Shown piece after piece: positions 38,201 to 50,355 of a stretch of DNA of 64,000 nucleotides (positions are counted from its first letter, which is position 1; each line of letters opens with the position of its first letter). The stretch spans positions 95,790,001-95,854,000 of the forward strand of contig NC_059430.1 of assembly GCF_021028975.2 (NCBI RefSeq). The letters are read 5' to 3'. The translations under genes were made by a program, and so were the position numbers. The DNA is from Sphaerodactylus townsendi. Taxonomy: Eukaryota. The notes beneath the pieces were generated by a model. It saw only the letters and a program-made list of their open reading frames with translations, searched no databases and was not told the DNA's origin.

Positions 38201-39375
38201 CTCAAAATGTATTGGGGATGATAGCCAGCCGGCTCCCTCTCAGAGCAAAGGAATTCCTTTTGAGGGTGTGGAGCCAGGCATACAACTTCAAAAAGACTGT
38301 TTGCTGAAGTTCGCAGGTGATCACTGCCTATTAACAGGCAAGACAGTAATAGCGATTTTTTAAAAGCGTAACTGTATTTCTAACAAACTTGATTTACTTC
38401 ATATGTTCAGTGCTTTTAATGAGAAATTATGTAGTCTTTCTCAACAGAGTGACGTTCCAGATATTCCTAAAACAAGCCCCCAGATCTCTTAATCAAACTC
38501 CAATTCAAAGAAGTTTGTAACCTAGAGGAAAGTGTTACTCAGAAGAAGCCAGCACTATACTTTGCCTCCAAACAAACCAAATAGTACTGTGCATTTTTTC
38601 TAACTACTTAAACTGTGGCTACTGAACAAATAAAGGGGACATCCATCACTCCCTGAGCCAACTGTTACACACAGAAAAGCATTGACTTCATGAAAATCGA
38701 GAGACGCCCAAATCACTTCTGTGAGATAAAATTACTTCTAATCTGCTCAATGATTCCCCTGATGTTAAGAATGCAGAGATTTCTCTCCTCTTTTAAATGT
38801 TTTGACTGTAGTTTTCATAGATGAAATGGAGCACCCACTTCTTCCAAAGAGCATACATGCAGTACCAGTTCAAACACTACCCCACAACTCATCCCAGTGA
38901 GACAGACAACCAAGGGCAACCTAAATCCACAAATCCAACACAGAACCAAAAATAACAATTCAGCCTGTCAGAACAGCTTAACTGTGCTTTGTGACTCTTC
39001 TGAGAGAAATTCCAACCATAACTAAGGCTAAACCAGAGGGGAAAGGGGGGCCTGGTTATACTCCTTTGCCCAGGGTCCACACAGTTCTGAAACTGTCCCT
39101 GATGTAAATTTCTTTAGAATAGTTGCATCCCACCTTTCTACTTTCAAGGATATTTAAAACAATGCACACAATTTTAACCCTGGCCCACAGGGACTACACA
39201 GCAACGGTTGTGGAAGGAGGATCAGAAGATCAAGGCATCTAGAGGTTTTTATTAGTTTTATTAGTGGCAGTGGATTTGATTAGATAATTTATATGCTGCC
39301 TTTCCAGACTCCTGTTTGATATGGCTCACAAAGATAAGAACAGTGCAATAATGACTGATTTCAAATTAATAAAAC

Positions 39376-39695
39376 AAGAACATAAGAACATAAAGAGCCT
39401 GCTAGATCAGACCAGAGTATCTAGTCCAGGGCTCTGCTACTCGCCTTTGGGAGCTCACATGCAGGATGTGAAAGCAATGGCCTTCTGATGCTGCTGCTCC
39501 TGAGCACCTGGTCTGCTAAGGCATTTGCAATCTCAGAGCAAAGAGGATCAAGACTGGTAGCCATAGATCGACTTCTCTTCCATAAATCTGTCCAATCCCT
39601 TTTTTAAAGCTATCCAGGTTAGTGGCCATCACCACCTCCTGTGGCAGCATATTCCAAACACCAATCACACGTTGTGTGAAGAGCCATGTCTCCTT
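39376..39695 (-). mobile_element. CR1 LINE 3' fragment
   Basis: Minus strand encodes LFTQRVIGVWNMLPQEVVMATNLDSFKKG (CR1 ORF2 C-terminus) and has a (TTCTTATG)n tail. Confidence 0.85.
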
Positions 39696-40399
39696 AATAA
39701 TTAACATAACATGTCTCAAACTTTGTTATTCCAAGCTCTGAAATTAAAACTAGGTATTTTTCTATCAGTGTTCATCAATTTAGTGCAGTTAGGGAGATCG
39801 TAATTCAGTTGGGCTAGCGGTGTCTGTTGCAGGAAAAATAAACAGGAGTCTTGTGGGACCCTTTAAAAGACCCACAGAAGCTGATTCCACTGAAAACTTT
39901 CCCGAATCTGAGGAGGAAGAGGCCACTTCTTCAGCAGCAAGGAGGGGATCTGCCATGTGTAGTCATTTTATAAGATGTTTCAGAAGAGTCCAGGAGGGGT
40001 CAAGGGCCTGTCTAAAATGTATTCCACCTTGTGTTTCCTACAGTCTTGCAAAACTGAAGTCCAATCGGGACAGAAACCCTTATTACACTAAACTAGTGGT
40101 AGTAATGACCGTAGTCAAGGAGCTCCATAACAAGCAGGAAAGCGTAACGCGAAATTCAGTCACGTAAAATGGCAACACAATCATGAACAATGGAGACCAA
40201 TAACGAACTGCACCAAGTTTATTCACAACAGCAGAGAGTCAGCTTGCTTAGGTACCAATTACAGCGGCTGGAAATATTCATTGTGCTTATCCACATCCCA
40301 TACTTTTAGAGTTGTCTTTTCAAGGCTACTATTTACATTCCACATACAAGGATGTTTGTACCGGACGCTTAGGTTATGAGCCAGTTTTCATATGTTGTT

Positions 40400-40537
40400 A
40401 TTGGGGGGGGGGGGGGGGGGGGAGATCCGACCTCATCACGTGATAGGAAACGGCCGTTTAAAACCAGCGCTCCGCGCCTGCGCACGGTTTGTTGACATCC
40501 GGGTATTTTCCCTTCTTCTTCGGTCTCGTGCTGGGCT
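40400..40537 (+). promoter_or_regulatory. PITHD1: PITHD1 promoter / 5' UTR
   Basis: CpG-rich; E-box ATCACGTGAT 40435-40444, NRF1-type GCGCCTGCGCA 40474-40484, ETS-like ACATCCGG, G20 run 40403-40422. Confidence 0.75.
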
Positions 40538-40735
40538 ATGTCTCACGGGCACAGCCACGGCGGGGGCAGTTGTTGCCATGGCGACGATCCTGAAGAGCCA
40601 CCCGAGCGGCGTGGCCAAGCTTGGGGCCTTTACTTGCGCATTGACCGCGAACGGCTGGAGTGCCTGAACGAGCGCCGGGAGGGCAGCGGGAAGCTCGTCT
40701 TCCGCGCCTGGGAGGATCGCGGCGACCGTCACCAG
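40538..40735 (+). CDS. PITHD1: PITH domain-containing protein 1, exon 1
   Basis: MSHGHSHGGGSCCHGDDPEEPPERRGQAWGLYLRIDRERLECLNERREGSGKLVFRAWEDRGDRHQ |GTAGGC. Confidence 0.96.
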
Positions 40736-42056
40736 GTAGGCAGGATCGTCTGTATGCGCGAATGCATGTCGTTTCTTCCACCACTACCCACTTCCTTCTC
40801 GGGTGGCTCCTGGGAATTGCTTCTGCTCTTTCGCCTGAAATCGCCTTACGTTTATTCTGCAGCAGTTTAGCCTGCTTCTAGTAGGGAGGACAATAACCAC
40901 TGTAGTGGTTACAGTGTCAAACTGGTATCTGGGAGACCCAGTTTCAAATCTCCACTCTGTCATGGAAGTTTGTAGGGTGACAAGGTCACTTTGGGCCAGA
41001 CACAAATGGAATAATTACAGAATAAAAGCTTATGTCATAGTCAGTTGAAGACCCTGCTGTTTGACTATATTGTACTGTATTATTCGATTTGTATATCGCC
41101 CTCCCCCGAAGGGCTCAGGGTGGTGAACAACAACAGCATAATAGCAAACATCAGTAATCATAACATCAAGCAACAAAACATCAATAAACATAGGATCAAT
41201 AAACACAACATTATAAACATAGCATTATAAACAACAAGAACATCAATAATCATAACATCATAAGCTATAAGGCAACAATAATCATAGCAGCATATATAAT
41301 CAATAGAGATAGACATAATGAGCATAGATGGTGACTTTCCCATTCTGTAGCCTGATATATGTGTGTGTGTGTGTGTGTGTGTGCACACAAATGCTCCTGC
41401 ATGTGTATGTAGGTGTGTGTCCTTTTGCAGCATTGCCTCAAGTGCAACCTTTTACTATATCTCAGAGGAATGAAATGCAGCCCTTTTCTTTCAGATAGTC
41501 AGGATATGCTTTTGATATATTGCATGCTCCCCAAATCCAGGTTTTTAAGCAATGTAAAGATCTTTGGAAAGGAATGAGATGTGAGTGGAATGTAGCAAGG
41601 ATTGAATTGATGGCAGCGCTTATGAAGCCTATTTCTGGGTGAGATGAGAGAGGTACATCCTATATTCAGCTCATTTTAGCCACATATCTGTATTGCTTCT
41701 AGAAGACTAAGCATGTAAGCGTTTGCATTCTGATAGTCCTTTTTAAGCTATAATTGTGACACAAATAACTACTGTAGGTGTGTGTGGGCAGGTAGGTTAG
41801 TTTTTTAAATGTGACCTACAATAATTTAGTGTGCTTATTTGCAAAGTTCCACTACTTGCATATGTATCTCACAGTGCTTAGAAAGTTCAAGCATTAAAAT
41901 CCAGTTCTAAGAAGCAAATCTAGTTCCCTGTCGGATTGTCAAAGTGCCAAAGAGCAAATGATGTGACCACTCAACAACCGAAGTCCACAGTGCTGCTTAG
42001 TAACCAGCGGTAATGACTTGAGATACTAAGCCCAATTTTGTCTTTCTTCCTTCCAG

Positions 42057-42100
42057 TTTGTTGAAAGTGATGATGATGAAGAGCTTCTGTTTAATATTCC
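42057..42100 (+). CDS. PITHD1: PITHD1 exon 2
   Basis: TTCCAG| FVESDDDEELLFNI(P) |GTAAGT. Confidence 0.96.
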
Positions 42101-42337
42101 GTAAGTACTTATTTTGAATGAATTCCTGGCTCACCATCATCTGGTCGCTCTTCGTGTGGACCTCTGGCTGTTTTGTAGAGCTTGGCTTTAATAGCAAAGC
42201 ATTTTGACAATGGGCTGGTGGAAGCTGGGCTGCAGGGAGTAATTTCTGTAAACTGACAGGTGCATACTGCGAAGGCCAACTCAACTGTTCAACTAATAAC
42301 TACCTGGAATGCCAATTTACCTGCTCTTTTGTTCCAG

Positions 42338-42415
42338 GTTTACAGGCAATGTGAAGTTGAAAGGGATAATTGTGATGGGAGAGGATGGTGATACGCATCC
42401 GTCGGAAATGCGCCT
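42338..42415 (+). CDS. PITHD1: PITHD1 exon 3
   Basis: TTCCAG| FTGNVKLKGIIVMGEDGDTHPSEMR(L) |GTAAGT. Confidence 0.96.
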
Positions 42416-43167
42416 GTAAGTATGGGCTATGGGGTGGATCACATCACTTGCGGCGGGGGCGGGGGGGGTGGTTAACGTTGCTGGTCCACCACATGAATCG
42501 TTACTTTTAATTCCTCCTCCAATTTTGGCATTGGATTAGCAGGTAACAGTGCAACCCTCTGCATGTTTACACTAAAGTAAGTGCTACATTACTTAATGGG
42601 ACTAACTGCTAGGTAAGCAGGCAAAACGTCACAACCGTAGCCTCCTCTGCGCCTTGGGTTTTTGATAATTTCAACAACTTTTCCTATTAAAAGTCTGGTT
42701 CAAAACAAGGGATTTGATACTGCAGATGTGTTCTTCTCATGGGGCTGGCTTCCAACCCAGTATCACTAGAGAATCGTGGGTGAGGCCACTGAAGCAGGTA
42801 GGGCTTTGCTTTATAGTGGCATGAGCTGTGAGAATAATCTGAACAGGTCAGGCTGGTGAGTGAAGCACTGCTGTTGCAAATACTTAGTGAGGACAGGAAC
42901 ACATTCTGCCGTCCATGCACTCTTTAGGACAAGGTGCAAGTTGCTAAAATGAGTATGCTGATAGTTATAATTCTCTTTTAATTGGAAATGTTGGCCCTAA
43001 TGACCTACAAACAGTAGTACTCAAGGGAAGCCCATGCCTGCTGTTCCTTTTATTTTCAGTAGGGGGAGAATCTCCCTTGTTTTCACAGAAAGTGAAACTA
43101 TCTTCTTGTTCTGGTTTTCACTTACTTCTAAGTTAGTTATTCTTGGTGCCAGTTCAGGCTCTGATTC

Positions 43168-43413
43168 CTAGTATGGTGTAATGATTAAGAGTGGGTGGAC
43201 TCTGATCTGGAGAACCAGGTTGGTTTCTGAACTTCTACACAAGAATCCTGCTGGGTGAACCTGGGCTAGTCACGGTTCTCACAGAACTGTCTCAGTCCCA
43301 TCTACCTCACAAGATGTCTTTTGGGGAGAGAGGAAGGGAAGGATTTTGCAAACCACTTGGAGACTCCTTACAATAGAGAAAAGCAGTGTATGAGTCCACA
43401 CTCTTCTTCTTCT
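43168..43413 (+). mobile_element. tRNA/CORE SINE (Squam3-type) with (CTT)n tail
   Basis: TGGTGTAATGATTAAG head, CTGCTGGGTGAACCTGGGCTAGTCAC core, ends CTCTTCTTCTTCT. Confidence 0.7.
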
Positions 43414-43504
43414 ATTGCAGAGCTGAACCGCTCTTGCAGTTTGGTGCTAAGGGAGGAGGGGGATCCTACATAAGCTGAATCTTGCTGTTCTTTCCTTTCC
43501 TCAG

Positions 43505-43609
43505 GTTTAAGAATATCCCCCACATGTCTTTCGATGACACTGCCAGAGAACCAGATCAGACATTTAGCCTGAACCATGACGTTACGGGAGAACTGGAGTA
43601 TCCTACCAA
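43505..43609 (+). CDS. PITHD1: PITHD1 exon 4
   Basis: CCTCAG| FKNIPHMSFDDTAREPDQTFSLNHDVTGELEYPT(K) |GTATGG. Confidence 0.96.
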
Positions 43610-43623
43610 GTATGGCACTGTTT

Positions 43624-43849
43624 GCATTGTCAAGGGCTTTCATGACTGGAATCAACTGGCTGTTGTGGCTTTTCCGGGCTGTGTGGCCATGGTTAGGTGG
43701 TTTTAGCTTTTAATATTTCACTGCATCTGTGGCTGGCATTTTCAGAAGCATGTCATCATGATGTGCTTCTGAAGATACCAGCCACAGAGGTGGTGAAAAT
43801 TAGGTACTAAAACACTAAACCACACAGTCTGGAAAATCTGCAATAGCCA
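43624..43849. mobile_element. Penelope-like element remnant (inverted pair of terminal repeats)
   Basis: Homologous to 60749-61123; fold-back structure; 12-bp TSD ATGGCACTGTTT (43612-43623 / 43850-43861). Confidence 0.75.
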
Positions 43850-46370
43850 ATGGCACTGTTTTTTCCCCAGAAAGTCCAGTAGCAATTTAAAGTCTTAAAA
43901 GTTATTTCAGTATGAGAGCCACACTTAACCTCTCTATGCCATCTCCTCCCTTTCCCCCTTAGATCAGATTTATGCTTAAAACACTTATAATTCCCATGAA
44001 GCCTTGACTCTTACCCCCTGACCTTCCGAATAAAATCCTGGTGTACAATTTTCCCTTCTTATAGTTATCTAAAAAAGTGACTCCCATAAGCTCATAGCGA
44101 AGTAAAGGTTGTGTGCTTCTGGACTTTTGTTTTATTTTGCTACAACAGGCTAACATGGTTGCTATTCCTTTGCAGTCATCATGGAAGGTGCTGTATATCC
44201 AGTCTTCAGTAGGGATGTGCAGATCCTCCTGCTCCTGAAGCCACATAAAATATGTATTGTCAACAAATGGCTTGGGGGCTGGATCTGGCCCTTGAGAGGG
44301 CTTATCAGGTGTGGAACCCAGCTCAGGTACCCACCCTTGCTGTCATTCAGACCTAGTGAGCCCACCGCAGCCTGGCCAGTCCAGGCATCCCTCCCCTGCT
44401 CCCAACCTGGTTTGGCATGCCCACCATGAAGTGGCAAAATCAGGCACCCACCCACAGTGCCAGCCATCTCCTTCAGGGTCAATCTAGGCTTGTCAGTCCA
44501 GGCAGCCTCCCCCACTCTCAATATGACTGCTGAACCACCCTCCTCCCCCAGTGAGCCCACTTCTGGTGATCCCACTGTAGGCTCACCTGCTAAGGCAGCT
44601 CCCCCTGCCCCCTGTACCGATCAACTTTCCCAATGTCATTTTGTGTTGGCAAGCCCACTGTGGGCTCACCAGCCAAGGTTGCCCCACTCCCCAAGGTCTG
44701 ATCTGGGCTGGTAAATCTGCCGGGGGCTCACCAGCCAGTGCCCTCAGAGCCTGGCCCATCCCAGTCACATTTATGCCCTATCCAGTCCTCGTAACAAATT
44801 AGTTCAAAACCTCTGATGTATTGCATGTTGTTAAACTGGGTCTTTCCTTGCAGAAAACTGCTTGTGGTACTAGAGAGGATAGAAAAACTGTTCAGTTGGG
44901 GTTTGTTAATAGCCCACAATTGGATCTGCATCAGTTGTTTCAGTGTTCAACTCATTCGCAATAAGAGCATTGCATACATGTTACATGGTGCCGCTCTTCT
45001 TCAGTTCCCCATTCAAAACACTCTGTGACTCATACCGGCTCTACACAGAGTCCTGGCTGATAAATAAATCTACCTGCTTTGCTCACTATTTTTTTCCCTT
45101 AGGATAGTTCCTGTGTGTTCCTTACCCTGAATAGATTGTCCTGACTATTTGCCATTGAGGTTTCAAGGCTGCTTTCTGATTAATCAAGAAAGGGCTCTTG
45201 TCATTCAAAAATCACCTGACTTTACTATCTGTGTTGACATTCAGTCTGTCATCTAATATCCTAATAAGTATGCTTTCCTCAAAATCTGTATCCATCAGAA
45301 GGTCAGTAGGGGGTGCTTTGAAACTGCGTAACTAGATACACACATGCATGAAGTTACTTTCTACTGAAGCAGACCATCAAGGTCAGTATTGTCTTCTCAG
45401 ACTGGCAGCAGCTTTCCAGGGTCTTAGACACAGGTCTTTCGCATCACCTGCTACCTGCTCTTTTTAAATGGGAGTTGCCAGGGGTTGAACCTGGGACATT
45501 CTTCATGAAAAGCAGAGGCTCTTCAACAGCTGTCACAGCTTAGTTGCAGCAGTCCCTTGCAGAAGGGGGCCCCAGAGGACCAGGCAATGTTCTTGTAACT
45601 GGCATATGCCCACACCAGGCCTCTGTGTTCCTGCCTTGCAGTCTTACACTTATTTATGTATTTGTTCCATTTATACCCCGCCCTACACCGAAGTCCCAGG
45701 GCAGCTTACATAATGGGGTTTAAAAGCCCTGATGAAACATAGCAACATTAAAAACCACCATAAAAACATCCTTTGAAACAGTCAATAAAAACATCCATTA
45801 AAAATCCCCACCGCTCTGTTTCCCCACCCTTCGGATGGCATCGATATGGGGGACATTTGAATCTCCTGAAACGTGTAAAAGTTCTGTTGATTTTAGTTTC
45901 ATGTCCATACATTACATAGCTTTATTAGCTTTATGTACATACATCACCCATGCAAAATTCAGAGACAAAAGCTACATAAAAGCTTTCATTGGGACTAGTC
46001 ACAATGATGCAAAAGGTTGTGCAAGTTTCAAGTTCTTCATCAGGAGAAAATATTCATATTCTTTCTGGTGATGAGAAGAGAATTCTTCTTCAGGAATCCC
46101 CATCCCCCTGAATATACAGACATAAAATCAAACTTGCCAGATTTGCATCACCCGCAGTATTGGTAGCATCCTGGCAAAGATCAGGGGCTGGATCCAGTGC
46201 AGCATTTCCATAGGTGCATGGATATTTACCCATAAGCATGACTTCCTCTGTTTCCTCCTTCTGTGGCAGCCCAAATCCTATCCCTGGGGACCCCTTTTCC
46301 CCAGGTCATAGACTGCTGTGGGGGGCCGGGGGAGAGCAGAGAAAGCTGTGCTCTAGAGATGCACATTTGA

Positions 46371-46660
46371 AAAAGAGGAGTTTGGATTTATACCCAGCCT
46401 TTCTCTCCTGTAAGGATACTCAAGACGGCTTACAAACACCTTTCCTCTCCCCACAACAGACACCTTGTGAGGTAGGTGGGGCTGAGAGCGTTCTGAATGA
46501 ACTATGACTAGCCTAAGGTCACTCAGGCTTCTTGTGTAGGAGCGGGGAAACAAATCTAATTCACTAGATAAGAGTCCACCACTCATGTGGACGAGTGGGA
46601 AAATAAACCCAGTTCTCCAGATTAGAATCCACCTGCTCTTAACCACCATGCTGGCTCTAC
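46371..46660 (-). mobile_element. tRNA/CORE SINE (Squam3-type)
   Basis: Similar along its length to 16889-17189. Confidence 0.75.
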
Positions 46661-48157
46661 CACTACGCAACTACCACTACCCGCTCTCTGCAACTACACC
46701 ACACTGGATATTTCCAATCCAAAGCAGTGCCTGAATTTTCCAGTTTTCATTTTGGATTTGCTTTCTCTAATCCAAAACAAAACAGGGAATTTCAGACACT
46801 GTTGGGGTTTGCAGTATCCCAGTGCACACCCCTGCAGAGCATTGTGAGTGGAAGCCCTTGTCCTTGCAGAAATGCTGTGCTGGATCCAACCCCAGTGTCT
46901 CCTGCTAAATGGTTTTTTATTTATTTAGTTTCTGTTCATTTCCTTGAGTGGTTGACAAAACTGAGCTCCCAGAGCTCTCATGTATGGGCAAGTCGGCAGC
47001 TTGATTGTGTGCATGTGAGTTATTTACTTTTAACAAGGAAGGAAAGCCTGCTTGAAGTCTTTCTTTGTATTTTTTTGTAATTGGAACATTGGTATAGTTT
47101 TAGGAAGAAGGATGCTTAAACTTTTGCAGGTTGAGTAAAATAAGCATGCTATCAAATTCTGTAAATTGTGGCATTTCTTAATATTATACATTAAGCAGGT
47201 TCTCATGCACACGCCCTTCATTAGAGCCTTTGTCAGCTAGCATCTGACAAGCAATTATAATTTAAGCAGGTACGATACTCATTTTGCAGTGGCAGCGCCT
47301 GAAATGCATTTTCGAGTCATCAGCATTTTCGGTAAGCAGCCCAAGCAGCCTGAGCCCCTTCAAAGGAGGAAAGCTAAGCAGAGTTAGCCATGGTTAGTAC
47401 ATGGATGGGAGACCACCAAGGAAGATGTGGGTTGCTGTGCAGAGGAAAGCATTGGCAAATCGCCTCTGTTCATCTCTTCCCTTGAACATCTGTGGATGAG
47501 TTCACCAGAAGTTGGTTGCAACTGGGTGGCATTATTCATTCAAGAGCCTGAGAAAAAGATGTGAGCATGTGAATGTACTGTCATGAGCTTACCAACTGTT
47601 GAATGTACCTACATGTGTAAGTCCTGTGTAACTTATGAGCCTGCCTAGCCAAACTTCGCTTGATTTTTTTTAAACTATGGAGAAGTTTTCCCTTGACTAG
47701 CTTCTCTGCACACTTTATTCAACGTGCAGGATTGGGGAAGACTTTCTTTGGTTGGAGAGGTGTGGTGGTGAGGTGTGGTGGCTGGAATGTAGAATCATGG
47801 AGCCCCAAGTTCAAATCCCAATTTACCATGGAAGTTTGCTGGGTGACCTTGGGCTAGCTACGCTCTGCCTGTAACTCATCACACAGTGTTGTTGTTGAAA
47901 TGGAGGAGAAAGGTGGTGTAAGTTGCTTTGGGTCCCCATTGGAGTGAGTTTAAATATTTAAATACAGAGTAATTCAGCATGGATTGGAAGTTCCATGTGC
48001 ACCTAATATGTAGTTCCTTTCCCTTTGCCAAGGATTGGTGGAGTTGCTTTAAATTGCTTTAAATTGTTGCTAATATAGTAGTGCTGGTTTTCTGGTAAGG
48101 AGCGCTGTAGTTCTTTGAGTATTCAGGCATGATGGAGTGGGAAGTCAGTGCCTCATG

Positions 48158-48657
48158 GGCCCTTTCCGCACAGCGGAAAGGGCGCCTCTCCACCAGCAGA
48201 AATTATGCCAGTGGAGGGGTGGGGGCCATTTGCACGGGAGCATGCGAGCGGCCCCGCAGAAGCCAGCGCAGAAGAGGTGGCTTCGCACGGAGCCACCTCT
48301 TCTGCGTCTCCTCCCCACTCACCTCATTCTCCAGTGTCGCTCTGGAGGCCATCAGGGACCCGCCCATGCTGCCCTCCGACCCCTGGAGGTTGGAGGGCAG
48401 CATGGGTGGGTCCCTGACGGCCTCCAGAGTACGCTGGAGGACGAGGTGAGTGGAGGGGACGGGGAAAGCGCCATCTTCCCAGCGCGCCAATGGGAAGACG
48501 GCTTTTTAGAATAACCTCGCTCAACAAGCGAGGTTATTAGGAGCGGCTTCACGCTGCTCCTGGGCCGCCAGGACAGCGCCTCCTGTGCGAACAGCTGTCC
48601 AGGGATGGCGTTTTTGCCGTCCCTGGGCCACTGTAAATGGCCCGTGCGGAAAGAGCC
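48158..48657. mobile_element. GC-rich PIF/Harbinger-like MITE with an internal hairpin
   Basis: TIRs GGCCCTTTCCGCAC / GTGCGGAAAGAGCC; 3-bp flanks ATG / ATA; internal near-perfect palindrome at about 48312-48456. Confidence 0.7.
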
Positions 48658-48749
48658 ATAGTTACAGGAAGGTAAGGACTTGCACTGCTGAATCACTTAG
48701 CCCCAAATTAGCATGTCCTTGTATCCTTACTTTCCATCACATGCTACAT

Positions 48750-48962
48750 CAGCCAGTATGGTGTAGTGGTTAGAGCATTAGACTAGGAACTCAGAGACCC
48801 AGGTTCGAATCTCCACTCTGTCATGTAAGCTTGTTGAGTGATCGTGGGCCAGTCACATACTTTAACCCTATCTACCTCACAATATTGATGATAAAATGGT
48901 GCGGGGGAGGATGTAAGCTTGCCAATGGTGAGAAAGGTGGGGGTATAAATTAAGTAAATAAA
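48750..48962 (+). mobile_element. tRNA/CORE SINE with (TAAA)n tail
   Basis: A box TGGTGTAGTGGTTAGAGC, B box GGTTCGAATCTCC. Similar copies at about 40898, 47760, 61180 and 62118. Confidence 0.7.
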
Positions 48963-50246
48963 TCAACCAAGAGGGAGAAGATAAAACAGACTGGTATTAA
49001 GCTCTCAGAGTTGGGAACTCTCTGAACTACCCGCCTGAATGTGAAATGAGACATGCTATGAAGAGTCGTGTGACTCGTTTGGCAGGTTATACAGCTGGAG
49101 GTGCAGCTGTTGTCGAACCCAAAAGAATGTGAGATTCCATAAAATCTTGCCTGGCAAGACAGTTGAAAATGTATAATGTATTTATTTTATTTACTTCATG
49201 TATAGCCCACTTTATTTCCCTGAGACTTAAGCTGATAGCCAAACATGAAACAGAAAGCAGAGATCTCCAGTTAACAGTGCAATGGAACTAGGGATAAAAG
49301 GATACTGGATAAAAGTACAAACGAAATAAACATTCTGACATAGCATGATACAAAAAGTGGGTAAGAAAGATAAAAAGGATACTAGTGTGCATAAGAGAAA
49401 TTACAGTAGACCATGAGCCTATCCTTTATATAGCAATCTCCTGAACAGTTCCATTATATAAAACTTCTAATCTCATGATAAAAATGCCCTCCAAACATTT
49501 TCAGTTTTGCACATTCTACAGAATGATAGAATCATGGGGCTTTCCTGACTCTGTTGCAAAAAAGTGGGTTATCATTGGATGCCAGGGGGTAGCTGCAAAA
49601 AGTCTTACGATGACTGCAGTCATCTGGGAAAGCCAAATTGTGTTTTTCTTTTTAGACATTATGGATTCAAGATCAACAGTCCCATCCAAAGCAGGGGAAA
49701 GGGGGTGATGGCTCTTTAGTGATATGCCCACCCTGCCAGAGCATTTGGCAAATGCACTGGGCAACCTGGAAGGTGGGTTCTACAGCACCCAACACAGAAG
49801 GGCACTGGTGTTCTGCCCCGTGTTGGCGTCCAGTTGGTGGACCCGAGTGGTGGACCGGAGCATTCCTGGTCGGCTTCCACTGTTGGCTCCCACTGAGGAT
49901 TTGGGCTACAACCAAGACCCCAGTTTTGGGTGGCATAAATCCATTCAAACACACAGAGGGCTTTTGGCTGGCTGGGGAGGTTTGTTATTGTTCCTGCCTC
50001 CCTGTGCCGGCCAAAAGTCCTCTGGAGGTGGTGGGGGCAGCGCGGTAACAGCGCTGTGTCCTGCTGAATGGGGCTGTCCCTGTCTCAGGAACTGATTGCA
50101 ATAGTTCAGGCAAAACAAATCCCCATTTTTCATCCTGCTGGGCTGACGCTTCTGGCACGATGGATGTTCTTTATAACTCCAGAGGCCAGAATGAATATGT
50201 AATAAGAACTTTGGAGGAAAAACATTGAACTTTTTCTCTTTTGCAG

Positions 50247-50355
50247 AATTGCTCGTTTTTCTAGTGTTCATCATCTCTCCATACACTTCTCCAAGAACTT
50301 TGGTGCTGAGACAACAAAGATCTTTTACATCGGCCTGAGGGGGGAATGGACAGAG
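50247..50355 (+). CDS. PITHD1: PITHD1 exon 5
   Basis: TTGCAG| IARFSSVHHLSIHFSKNFGAETTKIFYIGLRGEWTE |GTAAGC. Confidence 0.96.

Noticed and set aside
41125-41385. AAC/AAT-rich ORFs and a (GT)n tract
   Set aside because: Low-complexity decayed retroposon tail and microsatellite.
47370-47425. 5S rRNA-like internal promoter sequence
   Set aside because: Partial, diverged and fused to a SINE tail, so it is not an rRNA gene.
48750-48820. tRNA-like A and B boxes
   Set aside because: SINE head that continues into CORE and L2-like tail sequence; no full cloverleaf.
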